Shown: positions 10,853 through 23,500 of the stretch, piece after piece
How the letters are laid out: every line of letters begins with the position of its first letter
Numbering within the stretch: position 1 is the first letter of the stretch
From: Pocillopora damicornis
Taxonomy: Eukaryota
Length of the DNA stretch: 64,000 bases
Direction: 5' to 3'
Assembly: GCF_003704095.1 (NCBI RefSeq)
Contig: NW_020846072.1
Location: forward strand, 1 to 64,000
Translations under genes and position numbers: made by a program
Notes under the pieces: model-generated
Seen by the model: only the letters and a program-made list of their open reading frames with translations
Databases searched by the model: none
Told to the model about the DNA's origin: nothing

Positions 10853-13042
10853 TCAATTCATTGCCGTAGTTGCTTGAGTATGATTTGGTCCCATCTCGGT
10901 CTCTGGAGATACCTGATAACCTTTGTTACACCCCAAGAGCCTTTTAAACTCCTTCCTGTATTCTTTGTTTGTAAAACAATAGATAAACGGATTTACGCAA
11001 GAGTTGATAAACACAAGAATATTAAACCCTTTATGTACAGGACTACCAATTTTAGTGATCCCGAAAGGACTGAGAACGTAAATGGTTTGTGAGGGGAAAA
11101 CACAGATTGTCAAAGCGGCCGCTGTTAAGGCACACATGCGCAGAAGCAATCTCTGTCGTCTTCGTTTGTTCACATTTTCCACGCTTTCCCCAGGGGATGA
11201 TGGGAGATTTATCATAATATGGGCAAATGTGAGCCATGTCAACAAACAAGGAATGTAAAATGCCACAAAACTGTAAGTGATAATAAAGGCTCGAGTGCCG
11301 TACTTGCCGTAAGGGGCTTTCTTCGAAACGCACTTATTACCTACGAGACATGTTTCAAAAAGCTTATTCATGGAAAGAACACACGTCACAATAAACATGA
11401 TAAAAACAGATATGATGATACGTTTTCTGTTAAACTGATTCCTGTATCTGATTGGCCTGAACACGCAATACCATCGTTCAACAGCCAGATAGGCCACAAG
11501 AAGTATGGAAACTTTTCCCATTGCGAACAGCAGATATCTGTTGGCGAGCAGGCGGCAAAAAATCTCACCACGTAGTCCGAGAGGGACTGGGTAGTCAGAC
11601 TTGGATATGGCATATCCGGGAGTAGCCACGAGGAACACTCCTAAACGGTTTACGAATTGAAATTAGAGTGATGTGGAGAATGATGAGTACAGGTTAGGGA
11701 GTAGCTACAAAAGCGGAGTTAAATCAAATCGTGTAAATGGATCGTCCGAGTGAGAGTAGCCCTGAAAAGCACTGTTGAAGACTTAAAATTAAACTTAAGT
11801 TGACCAGACCTTTAACAGGCACCGACAATACTACTTTCCGAGTGACTACCCTTACCCGAAAGGTTACACGACTTGATTGAGAGATAGATTGTTGCAAATA
11901 TTGATATCAACACTTTTTTATGACTTTCTTTCTATTTTCCCAGGAAGCGAGGAACTCTGGCAACTAAGCGAACTTTTCTTTCCAGCGGAAATACTCAGTT
12001 AACAGATAGAAAATCACGGCTCCAAATTCTATGCATAACCTGCAATGATTTGGTTTGCTTGAATTTCTTGTTTTCTATGAAAATGAATTAAGTGTCTGCT
12101 TAACCTACCAACCATCAAGCCTGGGTGTGATTCGCACTTTTGCTATTCGAAAAATCTGATCTCACGCCCAGTTATGCCAGGCAACCGGTTTCTCAAGCCC
12201 AGTAGCAAAATTCGTGTAGTCACAGCCTAAACTTACACATTTTTGAAAAACGTATGGCGTAAAATAAAACTCGAATCATTCTGACAGAGGAAAAGGTCCT
12301 TTCCAATGATCTTAAATTATCTAAAACCTTCAGTTGTGGAATTGATTACATGCTTTTGCCAACCCTACAGGACACCTTGCAAAGTATTTGGAGTGCTCTC
12401 CTGAATCTTCGGAGCATCTTCCAGAATATCAGAGCGTCTCCTAGAATATTCTAACGTCTCCGGAAGTGATCGAAAAATCTAGCACTCTGAGGATGAGAAT
12501 GTCACGCTTTTGACTTAAAAAGTTGGGCAGGGATTGGCAGGTGTGTAGTCTAAATTTGAGTAAGCTGCATGGATTAACCCACGATCTTATTGTCAATTCT
12601 CCCCTCTAGCTGTTACAGATTTCCTTGTGAATTAGTTATGAGAATTTGGTGTTAGATGAGGATAACAAAAATCTACCTAATATAAGTGTCAGTATTCTCA
12701 TCACCTGTTTGCTGGATAATTAAGAGATATTACAGGGAGAAGTTTCATGTTAGTCTCTTTTGGGAGTTAAAAGAAAGCGCAACTTGATAAAACATACAGA
12801 GCCGGCTAATGAAACTCACCAGTCAGCATGTCTACTACTGCTAAACTGAACAGTAGAATATTATGGGCCTTCCGAAGCATGGACCGTTTTCTAAGAAGCA
12901 CAATGCAAAATAACGAATTGGAAGTGAAGGAAACAACAGCGATAACCCAGAAAATCACGTTCAGAGTGGTGTCCTGGCTCTTTGGAGGCGGTGCTGTGGA
13001 AGGGACGGTCGCTGTTGGAGGACACGTGGTGTTATCGTCCAT
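10853..13042 (-). CDS. Class A (rhodopsin-family) GPCR, orphan/peptide-receptor-like, 336 aa
   Basis: Coding exon 13042-12820 (MDDNTT.., TM1 ..TSNSLFCIV, TM2 LFSLAVVDMLTG|GTGAGT) and exon 11640-10853 (TTTAG|; TM3 FCRLL..LAVERW, TM5 FYIP, TM6 ICVFP, TM7 NSCVNPFIY, helix 8 EYRKEFKRLLGC) total 1011 nt in frame. An acceptor at 13073 implies an upstream 5'UTR exon. Confidence 0.92.
12574..12772. mobile_element. piggyBac-type MITE (TTAACCC...GGG/GAGTTAA family), degenerate
   Basis: Begins TTAACCC and shares internal motifs (AATTCTCC, TATTCTCATCAC, GGAGAA) with the copies at 43638, 52649 and 56750. Confidence 0.55.
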
Positions 13043-16000
13043 AATGTTTCTCTCAGTTGTACATGTAATGAACCTATAGGAGATGTTGGAAAAGTTCTAT
13101 TTAGATTGTTTAGCTTAAAGAGTTAGTAATGAGGAGACAGCAGGTATTTTTATTTCTGAGAATTATTACACTCATTCAGTCCGCTCGATGAGTGCACTCA
13201 CTGTTTGACGAAAAGCAACCCTGTTCGGTGGTCAATTTTCATTTTTGTTCCTTATCCGAAAATGCAAATAATGCCTGGAAGAGAACACTTGCGTTCGATT
13301 TTTAAGTATTTCCGTATTTTTGGATCATGTTTTTCTTAGCTGCTTGAGATTTTGATTCAGACTGATCGGAAAAATTGGTCGCAATCCCTGACAAAGAATT
13401 GTTATAGGGATGTTTTCTTTCCCGAGGAGATTAAAACCGACAAACGACATCTATTTGAAAGGTTTTTAAGATGCATTATATTATTTAAGCGTTTTGCTAC
13501 TGAAAACTGTCAAGAAATCTAGAGGTAGCTATTACTGTTCTATTTTCAGTTTACAGCTATTTCAGATAATACTGAGAAGAAAACTGGCTTTTAGACTCGT
13601 TGTTAGTTAGTCGTAAGCTATACTATTTACTCGGGACTGGCGTCTGTTTGTGGTACTTTAGACATAGCACACGCATTACTCATATCCAAACAGGTTGGAT
13701 AAGTTCCTGAGACCAGCAGCGGTTGATGTTTCATGATTTTCTCATTTGGTTGAAACCAATGAGGAATAGCGCCATGGGAACAGTAAACATTAATTACCGA
13801 TTTGTACTTTGCTTTCTTTGAACTTAAAATGACAAATCTCCCTCCTCTGAGATCGTAAAATTTGTTTAAAGAAAAATTACATGTCATCAATCTTTAGCGC
13901 AATATGAGGAAACGAAAAACAAATATTGGCCCAGGCAAAGGCTATCACTTAGTAAAAGGGGAAAATATTGTAATGGGACTGACAACTAAACACCAGTGAA
14001 TAAACTTCTAGAAATTTCGATATCTGTCTATGTTTTATCTTCAGTGAAATTAAAGAAATAAAGAACGCAATAGATTACGGCCCCTTCTTTTTCATTTAAA
14101 ACAACTAGGTGATCATGTCGAGTGAAACAAAGGAGAACAGTCTTAACAGAGGCGCCAACTTGCCTGTTTTGCAGTAAAAATACTGTAGCAGTGAAGGTAA
14201 CTTCTGCTAACTCGAAAAAGCACAGATGATTGAGGATGATGATTTTTCAAAAGGATCAGCTGAACTCTTCTTCACCTCACTTTTAATGTTAATTTTTCCT
14301 TAGTCGCGCTAAGTTATTCCGTGGAAAATCACACCGATAGATGTAAATATGCAAGTTATCAACTTTGGTGATGTGAGGCTGAAAGCATAACAAATGTACA
14401 TCGTATGTAATTAAATATGACACGGCGCATGGACATTTAAGGCGTGTTACTTGTAGAATGGTAATAAATTAATTTACGCCACTACATGGTAACTGAGTAT
14501 TCTTCATGCTAAAGTCTTGCCTTTTACGACTATTTTTTAATCTTGTAGTGACCAAACGGTTTCCTATCAGAATTCCTAACGCAGTCATCGATCGAAATTA
14601 TCGTATGAAGGAAACTACAGAGAGACTACACGCCAGAGGGTTCGATGTCAATTTCTTTGCCTCAAAAAAAAAAAATAATAAAATAAAAAAATTAGGAACT
14701 TGGACTTTAAACATTAAATCAAATGCTACCACGTCTTGTGCAATATTTTGAGTTCGCAATGTGATCTGCATTGAAATACGAGCAGCAGGTTGTCAACTAA
14801 GGTGCTCCGAAGGTTTAACATGAATTTTAAAACATGTTTGCATAATATTTCCTGATCCAGCTGAGAAGCTGAGAAAAAATTTCCAAGAAAGGTTCAGACT
14901 TGTTTTCCTTATTGTTGTGCAATATGATGCATTTCCGATTAAATTTGAGTGGGAAAGTCGTTTAACAGGTGGCAGTTAGCACGTATGGTGCTTAGAAAGC
15001 ATCTAGCTTTTATAATTTCATTTTTCTTATTTGCAAGAACTTTTCCAATATCGTGATATGCACTAAGATCAAATCAGGCTCACGAACGTATAAATGACAG
15101 AAATAAACACCTGTCTCTTTATCGAAGTAAAACTGTTATTCTTTTAGATTGTAAGAATATTTTTGACATCCATCTTAGAAGATCCAGCTTAGAAGCTGAG
15201 AGTTAGCTCACAAAAAAATCTTTTAACTCTTTGCTTAAATATTCGTCTTCTGAGCCTCTGGCACCAGCGCCAAGTTATATTCTCTTGATAACATCACCGG
15301 CTTCATTAGGCTTAGTTTAAATAAATGGGGAAAAAACCATTTCGACAATTTGAATTTGTCATCTGAAATTTCATTATTTGCTCATATTCTTTTTTTCATT
15401 TGTATTACTTACAAAAAAGTATTTCTCTTCTTAACCAATAGTACTGTCGCAGAAAAATTCCATGGTCCTTGAACCCGATTTCCCTGCATGTAAAAATATT
15501 GATAGGGGTAGAGGCTATAAATGAAAGATCTGAATGAAAGATCTGAAATGTGGCTAGACCAGTTTATGAGAATGAAATGACAGTGAGCTGCGTTAAACTG
15601 AAATCTCTCTTAGCAATTTCAAGACCTTAGCGTTTTGAAGTTCTCCTTTGCTTCGTTGTAGCTTCAGTGTAGGCAATGGTGTTTAGCTGCCCAACTATGC
15701 TTCTTGTATTTCTCCTGTCCTTATTCGCCCAAATTCTAAATTCTGCTATGTTTTTAAAATCAAAATTCGATAACTGAACGATGTGAAAAGACAAAAATTC
15801 AAAGCTCACCTCTCTGTTCTAAAACTAATTTAAGCCTTGAGCTTGTACCAAAAGGCGATAATGCCGAAGAAATCTCTCGGTCGACTCTTGATCGTCATGC
15901 AAAAGTTTTACTTTTGTATTATTTCTAGCAACATTTAAACACCTGCCCGGCGTGCGCAACAAATAAGTTTTCTTTTCAATTGACTTAATGAAAATTTTGG

Positions 16001-17356
16001 CTAAGCAAAACTATAGATGGCCCCTAAAGATTCTGTAAACTCGTGTCATACTCAAGTGAGGATAAATACAACAATGTCACACTGTTCGCCACTAATTAAG
16101 CCGGGTTTGCAGGGAAATTTGTCGGAGTAGATTAAGACAAGTTTCGTCAAATCATGTCTTTGGAAGAGGTTTATGACCGAGGTGTCAAAACTTTCAAGTT
16201 GATTGCTGGATTTTCGCTGATTACACGTTATGTCGACTTAAAATAGCTAAGGGACACCCCGCAATGACCGTGAAGTTTGCGCTGAAACATTAACTTAAGG
16301 CTATAAATATACTTTCCTCACGTGATGTGATTTTAGCTAAGTGTGGGAGAAAATGGAAAAGAACACGAAAGGAATAAGCAAAATGATCTTTCCGATGCCA
16401 AATATTTAAATCATTCACTGAACTTTGTCTAGTGCTAAAACGAAATGTCACATTATACCCTGTAATTTGACAACACGTTACAATCATTATAACAATACCT
16501 CAGTAATTTGCCCCTCGGGTGATGATCTCCCTACGAAAAACATCACAAACAACAACAAAAATAATAATAAAAAAATTAGGACACAATTTTAACCTCATAA
16601 AATAAACCTTTAGGACTCTTAAGTACAAAGCTAGGAAAGTGTAAATTATGATAGGAAAAAAAAAAGAAAAAACCCAGAACATTGTCATAAGTTGGTAGAA
16701 ATACAATTCACTAATGAATCGCATTTAATCAATATTACAAATATCTCTATGGATGAGGTTCAAAAATTCATTTCACGTAATTTCATGAGATCGATGACTT
16801 GTTTTCTTCGGTTATTACGAAACCGTTTTACGGGAGAACTTTTTATGTTGCGCAAGAGATAAAAAAGAAGTTTTCTTCTAGTAAAATTTGAATTACAACA
16901 CATCCCCCAAGTGCTCCGCAGGGCGCAATACTTTACACAAACACAATGTAGAACGGTAAAACGAAAAAAGAAGTGAAAGTAATTCTAACCCCGGGAGATA
17001 ACGGATTTGGAAATTTATGCAAACAATTGATAATTTATTAACCGGCCGAATAAGAGTAATACACAATAAAAAAATAAAGTAAAAACTAAAAAAATAAAAT
17101 GTTAAGATATGCTTAATCGCAGCTTGGTTGTACCCGATTCTCTTTAATAGGTTCCTCCTGCCACCAAAATGGCTACTTCACCTCCCAAATAAGAACTTCG
17201 TTATCAAGCGTTTAAATGAGATTTCCGCGAATTTTACTCAGCTTATCCAGACCTAAGATTTCTGGTAAAATGGCGTGTCACTCCGTTCTGAAAAAACATA
17301 GTGGCAAGATCGTAAGAGAGAAAAAAAAACAGTATGTTGCAGATTTTTAACGACTA

Positions 17357-17641
17357 GTCACCGAAGTGGAGGCGGACAGTGGTGGATATTTACCTCACCG
17401 CTTGGCGGCTCGGTACGTAAATATCCACCACTTTCAACGACACTGAGGTGAATAATTCTTTTACTATATACCTCACAGATACAAAAAAATTAGTTTGTTT
17501 CTTTCAATATATCGTAAAATGGTCAGAAGTTAAACTGTTGATGCGTGGTTTTGTCTTAAAGGCTACTCGGAGGTAAATAGTAACGCTCGCTTTCCGCTTG
17601 TGAACTAGCCAATCAGCGCTCACGAAAAGCATTATTCACCT
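17357..17641. repeat. Palindromic interspersed repeat (MITE-like)
   Basis: Perfect 16-bp stem AGTGGTGGATATTTAC / GTAAATATCCACCACT (17378-17432), plus an inverted GGTGAATAA / TTATTCACC pair. Confidence 0.65.
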
Positions 17642-18160
17642 TTTATGCCATGAAAAATGTGCACGTACTGGAAATGTGAAAAGACAACCGTCCACGAGTA
17701 CGAAGATCAAACTGAGTTCAAACCACAGAGCATAATGAATTTATTTTGATCAGATAAGGCGACCATACAAACCATCCTATAAGACTAGGCAGAATATTAA
17801 ACGTTATTCCCTCCAGAAAACAATAAAAATTATTGCCAAAACTGAAATATCGTTTGATAAATGTTCCCAGAGAATGGTCATTCATAAATAATTATGACGA
17901 GGCCACGTTTAAGGTTAATGCAGCCCCAACAACACTGTTTAAGGGCAGTCTGGGAATCCATCCTCAATATTTGACAATCGATTAAAATTTTGGACTAATC
18001 TAAGGGTTTAAGTCATAATTTTGAAATGCTTAGATTTCGAGTGATGATTTAAGAAAAAACGCTCGGTGGCGAAGTATGTTCACGATCTTGATGCAGCGTA
18101 GCAGTCCCATTTCTAAATACCCCTCTTCTGCTCTTATGACATCAATAGATATTGTGCAGG

Positions 18161-19070
18161 CGGTATCTGGTCACTTCGCCCCATGGTCATTTCGTCCCCA
18201 GTCACCTCGGGTAAGTTCGCTGCATACAAAAGTTACTTCGCTACAGCTGAAGTTGGACTGATTTTGAACTTATGTCAGTTCAGGTTTATTAACTAATGCA
18301 GCTTCCAGTCGCGTTCGCTTATACTTAGTAACACAAAATATCATTTCGTTCGATTACTTTCCTCAACACGAATTCCTATGCGTTGTAATCCCTCAAAACC
18401 CCCTTTTAGAAAAGATTACGAGTTTGAATAAAGATAACCTTAAGTTTGCAAGGAATTTATATTTTTATGAAAAGAACTGTCATGTTTTTAGTTTTTCTGT
18501 GTACTCTATGTATTGGCATGTATTGCATTTTTGATCATTGCTTTTATTTTATTTGGTGTCTCCTAAAGGAGTCGTTTGTCTTTTGTTTGTGATAGTTTAT
18601 CCAGGATTTGGAAGGTGACAGTGAAGGAAGAGTCGTTTTCTTCGGCTGCAGGTAGTGGCTCAAGGATTGATGATTCATCAACAGCAGGATCGGCAAGTGG
18701 CTCGTAGAGGGTGGACATAGACCCGGTGAAGTCAAAAGGCGTACTCTCAGCGACAGGCGTACTCTCAGACAGCGACATGGACAGACAGGTAACACAGCGC
18801 CAGTCGATGGAAGCACCAGCTTGCTCAGCAAAACGGTAATCACACTGGGATTCCCGTTCCACAAGTACGATGTTGCCGGCGAAAACAACTATCAAATTGG
18901 AGGCCTTGCTGACGTGCTCGTATTGGATTCTGGCAAGCAATACATTCTGCAGACATGTTAACGATGACGCGAATTTTAACTGTTTGATAAAGTAGCGATT
19001 GAAGCTCAATGCTGATTTGATAATCGAGTAAGAGTCGACCACCTTGCATACAGTTCCCTTCGATCAAATT
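18161..19070 (-). mobile_element. Decayed DNA-transposon relic with frameshifted PHD finger (Mutator/MULE-like)
   Basis: MSAECIACQ...LQFDSC...HRTCGTGI and, after a frameshift, DWRCVTC form a PHD finger with one Cys lost. The terminal region 18161-18245 is built of short (G)TCACTTCGCC-like subterminal repeats. Confidence 0.55.
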
Positions 19071-19330
19071 TTCAATTTGGTAAAAAACGCGCTTGGATTG
19101 GTCACTAATTGATTACTAAAGTCTCACCTCCATTAAAGTTCGCACATTGTGTGGGTAGTAGATGTGACAAGAAAAGAACAATACATTCTTAATTAATGAA
19201 GTTGAACTGGAAAACTAAAAGCAGTTTGAGGCGTCACGTTGCAAGTTTACTAATCTAAGAGTGATAGAGAATCCTTTAAGGACCATTTTGAGATAACAAG
19301 TTTTGTGCAACTACACGCGCAATAAAACAG

Positions 19331-19860
19331 TTGAGGAGAGTATCTCTCAACTCAACGACGATCGTTAGGCATTTGGTAAGAGCAGAAGTAAGTAGCATAC
19401 TCAGGCGTGCTAAACCTCCTCCCAATAACATTCAAAAGGATGTTTTCAATGCGCTTATAGCTCTCAAAAAGGATCCGGACAGGCTCGTATTATCTGCTGA
19501 CAAGGGTAATTGTGTTGTGGTTATGGACAAACAACAATATCACGACAAAGCTTTGTCTCTGCTTAATGACAAGAGTACGTATGCTGTCTTAAACTCTGAT
19601 CCTACCAGTAAAACTCAAAGAAAGTTAAACAAAATGTTGCTTGATTTGAAAAAAGCTGGTAAAATTAGTGACTCTACGTACAAAATGTTATACAGTAGTG
19701 ACGGCTTATGTCCACGTTTTTATGGCTGACCTAAAATTCATAAACTGGGAATTCCTTTGAGACCCAAAGTCTCTTTTGTTAATTCTCCGACTTATGCTAT
19801 TTCTGGTTATCTTGCGAGAATTTTGTCGCCTGTTGTTGGGAATACTGATTACACTGTCAT
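19331..19860 (+). mobile_element. Penelope-like reverse transcriptase fragment (pseudogene)
   Basis: ADKGNCVVVMDK...Y..LNSDPT...PRFYG*PKIHKLGIPLRPKVSFVNSPTY is the typical PLE RT N-terminal region. It has an in-frame stop at 19727 and is truncated before the catalytic motifs. Confidence 0.88.
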
Positions 19861-20564
19861 GAGCTCTAGGGGGGACCAGTCTCGTTTCCCGTTCATACAT
19901 CGGACCATTCTCACGGCCACGATAGTCTACCATGGTGGTTGCCGTTCCACCCTTTCTCGACTCATTCTTAAGCTGTAATCTTACGCATAACATGCAATTA
20001 ATACAAGGTAGAGTAAGAGCACAATTAAAAACACGGTAAAGTGAGAGCACAATTCTAGACTAGGAAGCAAGGAAGATATTTCTGTGGCCCCTTTGCTATA
20101 AAACAAACCCACCACTAACGTATACACGGTAAGTAAAGATTTTCTTATTCAGAAAATTCAGTAACCTCCCAGCTTCTAGAGGGTTCTTATGTATTTTTCA
20201 CAAATACTCTTGAAGAGTTAATTGCAACTTTTTCTATGAGCTGTAAATGAACATTTATTTGTCATAAATTTTGATTAAAAAAAAAACATTAAATACTTTC
20301 TCATAACAAATATAGTTATTTACTTTGGTTATTTAGTTAATCTCTAATTTGAAAAATATACTGAAATTTGTTCCTCTAGATTTACTTCACAAAGAAAACA
20401 GTTGGAGGAAGACCACTTGTAAGAGTTTGGTTTTAAGCTTACACCAACAATCTCCAGGTTTTAAAAAGCAAAACAACTTCATTTGAGTTAACTTAAAAAA
20501 TCACTTGATGTCTTAGTGAAGCGTCCTCGAGCACTTGAACAAGATACTACGGGGATTTATTCCG

Positions 20565-23500
20565 TCAATTCCAACTTTTTCTACCCCTAAAGTGTTTTTT
20601 AGCTTCATGCAAGTTCTTTTTCTGTGAGGGTTCGGGCGCCGACCTCTTTGGTGGTGGGCTAACTTCCCTGATTGCTCTTCCTCTCAGAGCGCTGACATTC
20701 GGAGTCATTGCATGCGCTGATCGTTTACGAACTCCTCTGTTAGAGTTCTTGAACAGATCAGGTGGGGCTTCAATGACTTGAGGACGCAGCGCAGGAGGAT
20801 GCCGTTGCCGCACTCCCTCTGCTACTTGTTCAACACTTCGCACAGAGGTACGTTTTTCATCGAGGGAGAGAGTACGCCTTAGGCCGGATGAATTTGAAGG
20901 GTTTGATAATCGTGATGTTCCTGGCCCCATTGAAAGGGTAGAAGGGTCATTTGAAAGCCCTGACGCACTAGGGAAAGATAACGCGTTTGCAGCTTTAGCT
21001 GTAGACGCTTGAGGTCTTTTTGAATGACCATTACCTTCTGATCCAATTTTCAAGGACAAAGTTTCAGAGCTTCGCCTCAAAGTTAAAGGTTTTGATGACC
21101 ATGACGTATTGGAACGAGATGATGAACCACTGGCCGTGCCAAGTTCCTTGTGGACATATGCGTTGTCTAGCGGAATTGATGAAGTCGAGAGCAAGCGAGA
21201 TGGATTGGAAGGCCTAGATGATACCAAAGAGAACCCAGGGGACGTGGGTTGCGAGAGACTTAATGACACAGTTAGAGCCTGGTCGACGGGCGACCTAGTA
21301 TTAACTGGTGACCACACACGCTGGGCCGGTGAAGACTTTGCAGTTGCTTCTTTTTCTTGTCGATACAGCTTGTAAAAATAACCCCTTTGATGTGACCTAT
21401 TGTTTTGGATGACATTATGCAGCACAGGATTGGGCGTGTCAAGTGAGTTATACGAATCAATTTCCCCGGAATCAGAATTTGAATCCATGAACGTAAAAGT
21501 AGAGGCGGTTTCAACAACATTAGTAGCTCTAACATCTAGTCCATTATCACTTTTTTCCGGCTTCATCTGCTTTCCATGTACACTACCTTCAGAGGAATGA
21601 CGGGGCGATTGCTTCTCGATGGCAATGTTTGGAGAAACATTATTTATCCCTTTACAAGATGGGCCCTTAAAATTCGCTTTGTCCTTCTTTGATTTGACTT
21701 TGTCATCATCTGATTTCTTTGGGCTTCGCCCTTCTGATCTTTTCTGGTATGCATTCCCTTCCCGATGCAATGATCGACGTGTAGAATGCTTTGACTCCTT
21801 TTCGACTGACTGATTTCCCACATGATCTTCGGATCTGGGGAGTTGTTTACAATCCTTAGTAGATAATTGTTGATGACGATTTCTGGAGTGGGTTCTTTCC
21901 TCACCACCATTCCCTTCCCTACTCATGCTCTTAGCATTGACAATTTCACTTCTTGTAGAATGACTGTTCAAGGATGGCTCACTTCTAGTGGAGTTCGCAT
22001 TAATGCCAGTTGCCTCTCGGAGTTTGGTTTCTGAAGAGTTAACCGATTTTTCCGCCTGACGCCTCCCATTTCTTTGACCCGGTGCTTCCATCCCACCACT
22101 AAATTCTTGTTGCCTACCAGACACGTTCCCAGGCGCATGCTCAGGGTCCACTGCCATATCACTACTGCTGGAACGGTGATTACCAATCCTTCTCAAAGAC
22201 GGGTTAGGCTTCTTAGCCCGTGGGTCTTTGGCAGGTGAATGATCTATCTTGACTGATTCAATGGAAAGAATCGACTGTACCTCTGATGAAGATTTGACTG
22301 GAAAGAAACATCCTCTCTTTTCCGCATTTTCTATCAAAGCTCTCCAATCTGGGGATCCTCCCTGATAAAATACGAAGGAAGGACGTAGCAGTTATTACTA
22401 AAGTTGTTTTTGGAATCAGAGAATGCCGGCTATGAGGATAAAACAATAATTGCGTATATTTTCCCACCTTCAGAGTTTCCATATGACCAAAAACATACAG
22501 GGCATGTCGAGCCCTTGTTAAGGCTACATTCATTCGTTGTCTGTCGGTAAGAAATCTGCGAAAGAGAAGCATAAGAAATCGGGCAGGAACGTCAACTAGC
22601 ATCCTTCCAACATGCAGCAATTCGACGTTTTTAGAAAGACACGACATAGTCAGCCAATGGAACTTATATTAATCAAATGACACTGTATGAGTCACAATTT
22701 TAATGGGTCCAAAATCTATAGGCTTACACAAAGTGTTGTAATGGCCGACTAGGAAAGGTTTTCAGGTAATGATAACCGTAAACAAACGCACCCTATGGAA
22801 CCACGACACAGCTGCGCTCGAACACAACTCAAAATGATGACATCCTTCTCTCTTCCCTGGAAATGGAAAAAAAAAAAGCAACAGTGTACTTCACATTCTA
22901 CAGGAGCTGTATAGAGTGGAACGCAGGAGCTGTATAGAGTGGAACGCAGGAGCAATTTCAATGGTCGAAGAGTTTCAACAAACCTGAAAGCCATCCACAG
23001 TGTTGACCTCAATCGCAGCACTTCTTGTAGAAAGATCCCTGCAAAACATGGACAACAGGGTTTCTACAAAATGGATAAGCATAAGCAAATGCCTCTTGTA
23101 GAATCTTAAGTTTTGAGCCAAAGCTCTCAGCAGAAGTCTGTGGGCTGTCTGTGTCTTCAAGATAGCCAAATCATGATTACAATGTTTCGCCAAATAGAAT
23201 ACCGACTTTAGATAAGAGAAAACTGCTTCTTAAGTAAAGCAAGTCGGAGACACTCTAACCAAATGGTAACTCCCCTAGGATACGGATCAAAAGGTTAATG
23301 AGCAGTTGAGTTGCGCGCAGTTGCTACATATAAAGCTAATTCAAGCCACACCTAAAACAACTGTGGTTCAGGACTATTCCTTTCTTGCCTTTTGTCACAA
23401 ACAATTTCAATTCCGTTGAAGCAACGTCTTGCTTCACTTCAGCTAAAGTAAGGGGTTATACCATCTAACCGATGTTCACCAATGAAGACTTAACATACAC

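Noticed and set aside
11052-11613. Overlapping alternative-frame and antisense ORFs in the GPCR exon (likewise in the large SETX exons)
   Set aside because: Shadow ORFs of real coding sequence with no independent motifs.
19727-19729. In-frame TGA as selenocysteine or programmed read-through
   Set aside because: It replaces the Leu of the conserved YGLPK motif in a truncated retroelement, and no SECIS was seen; simple decay.
22901-22953. 23-bp tandem duplication (similar short duplications at ~2773-2825 and ~63258-63326)
   Set aside because: Ordinary intronic slippage duplications with no evident function.
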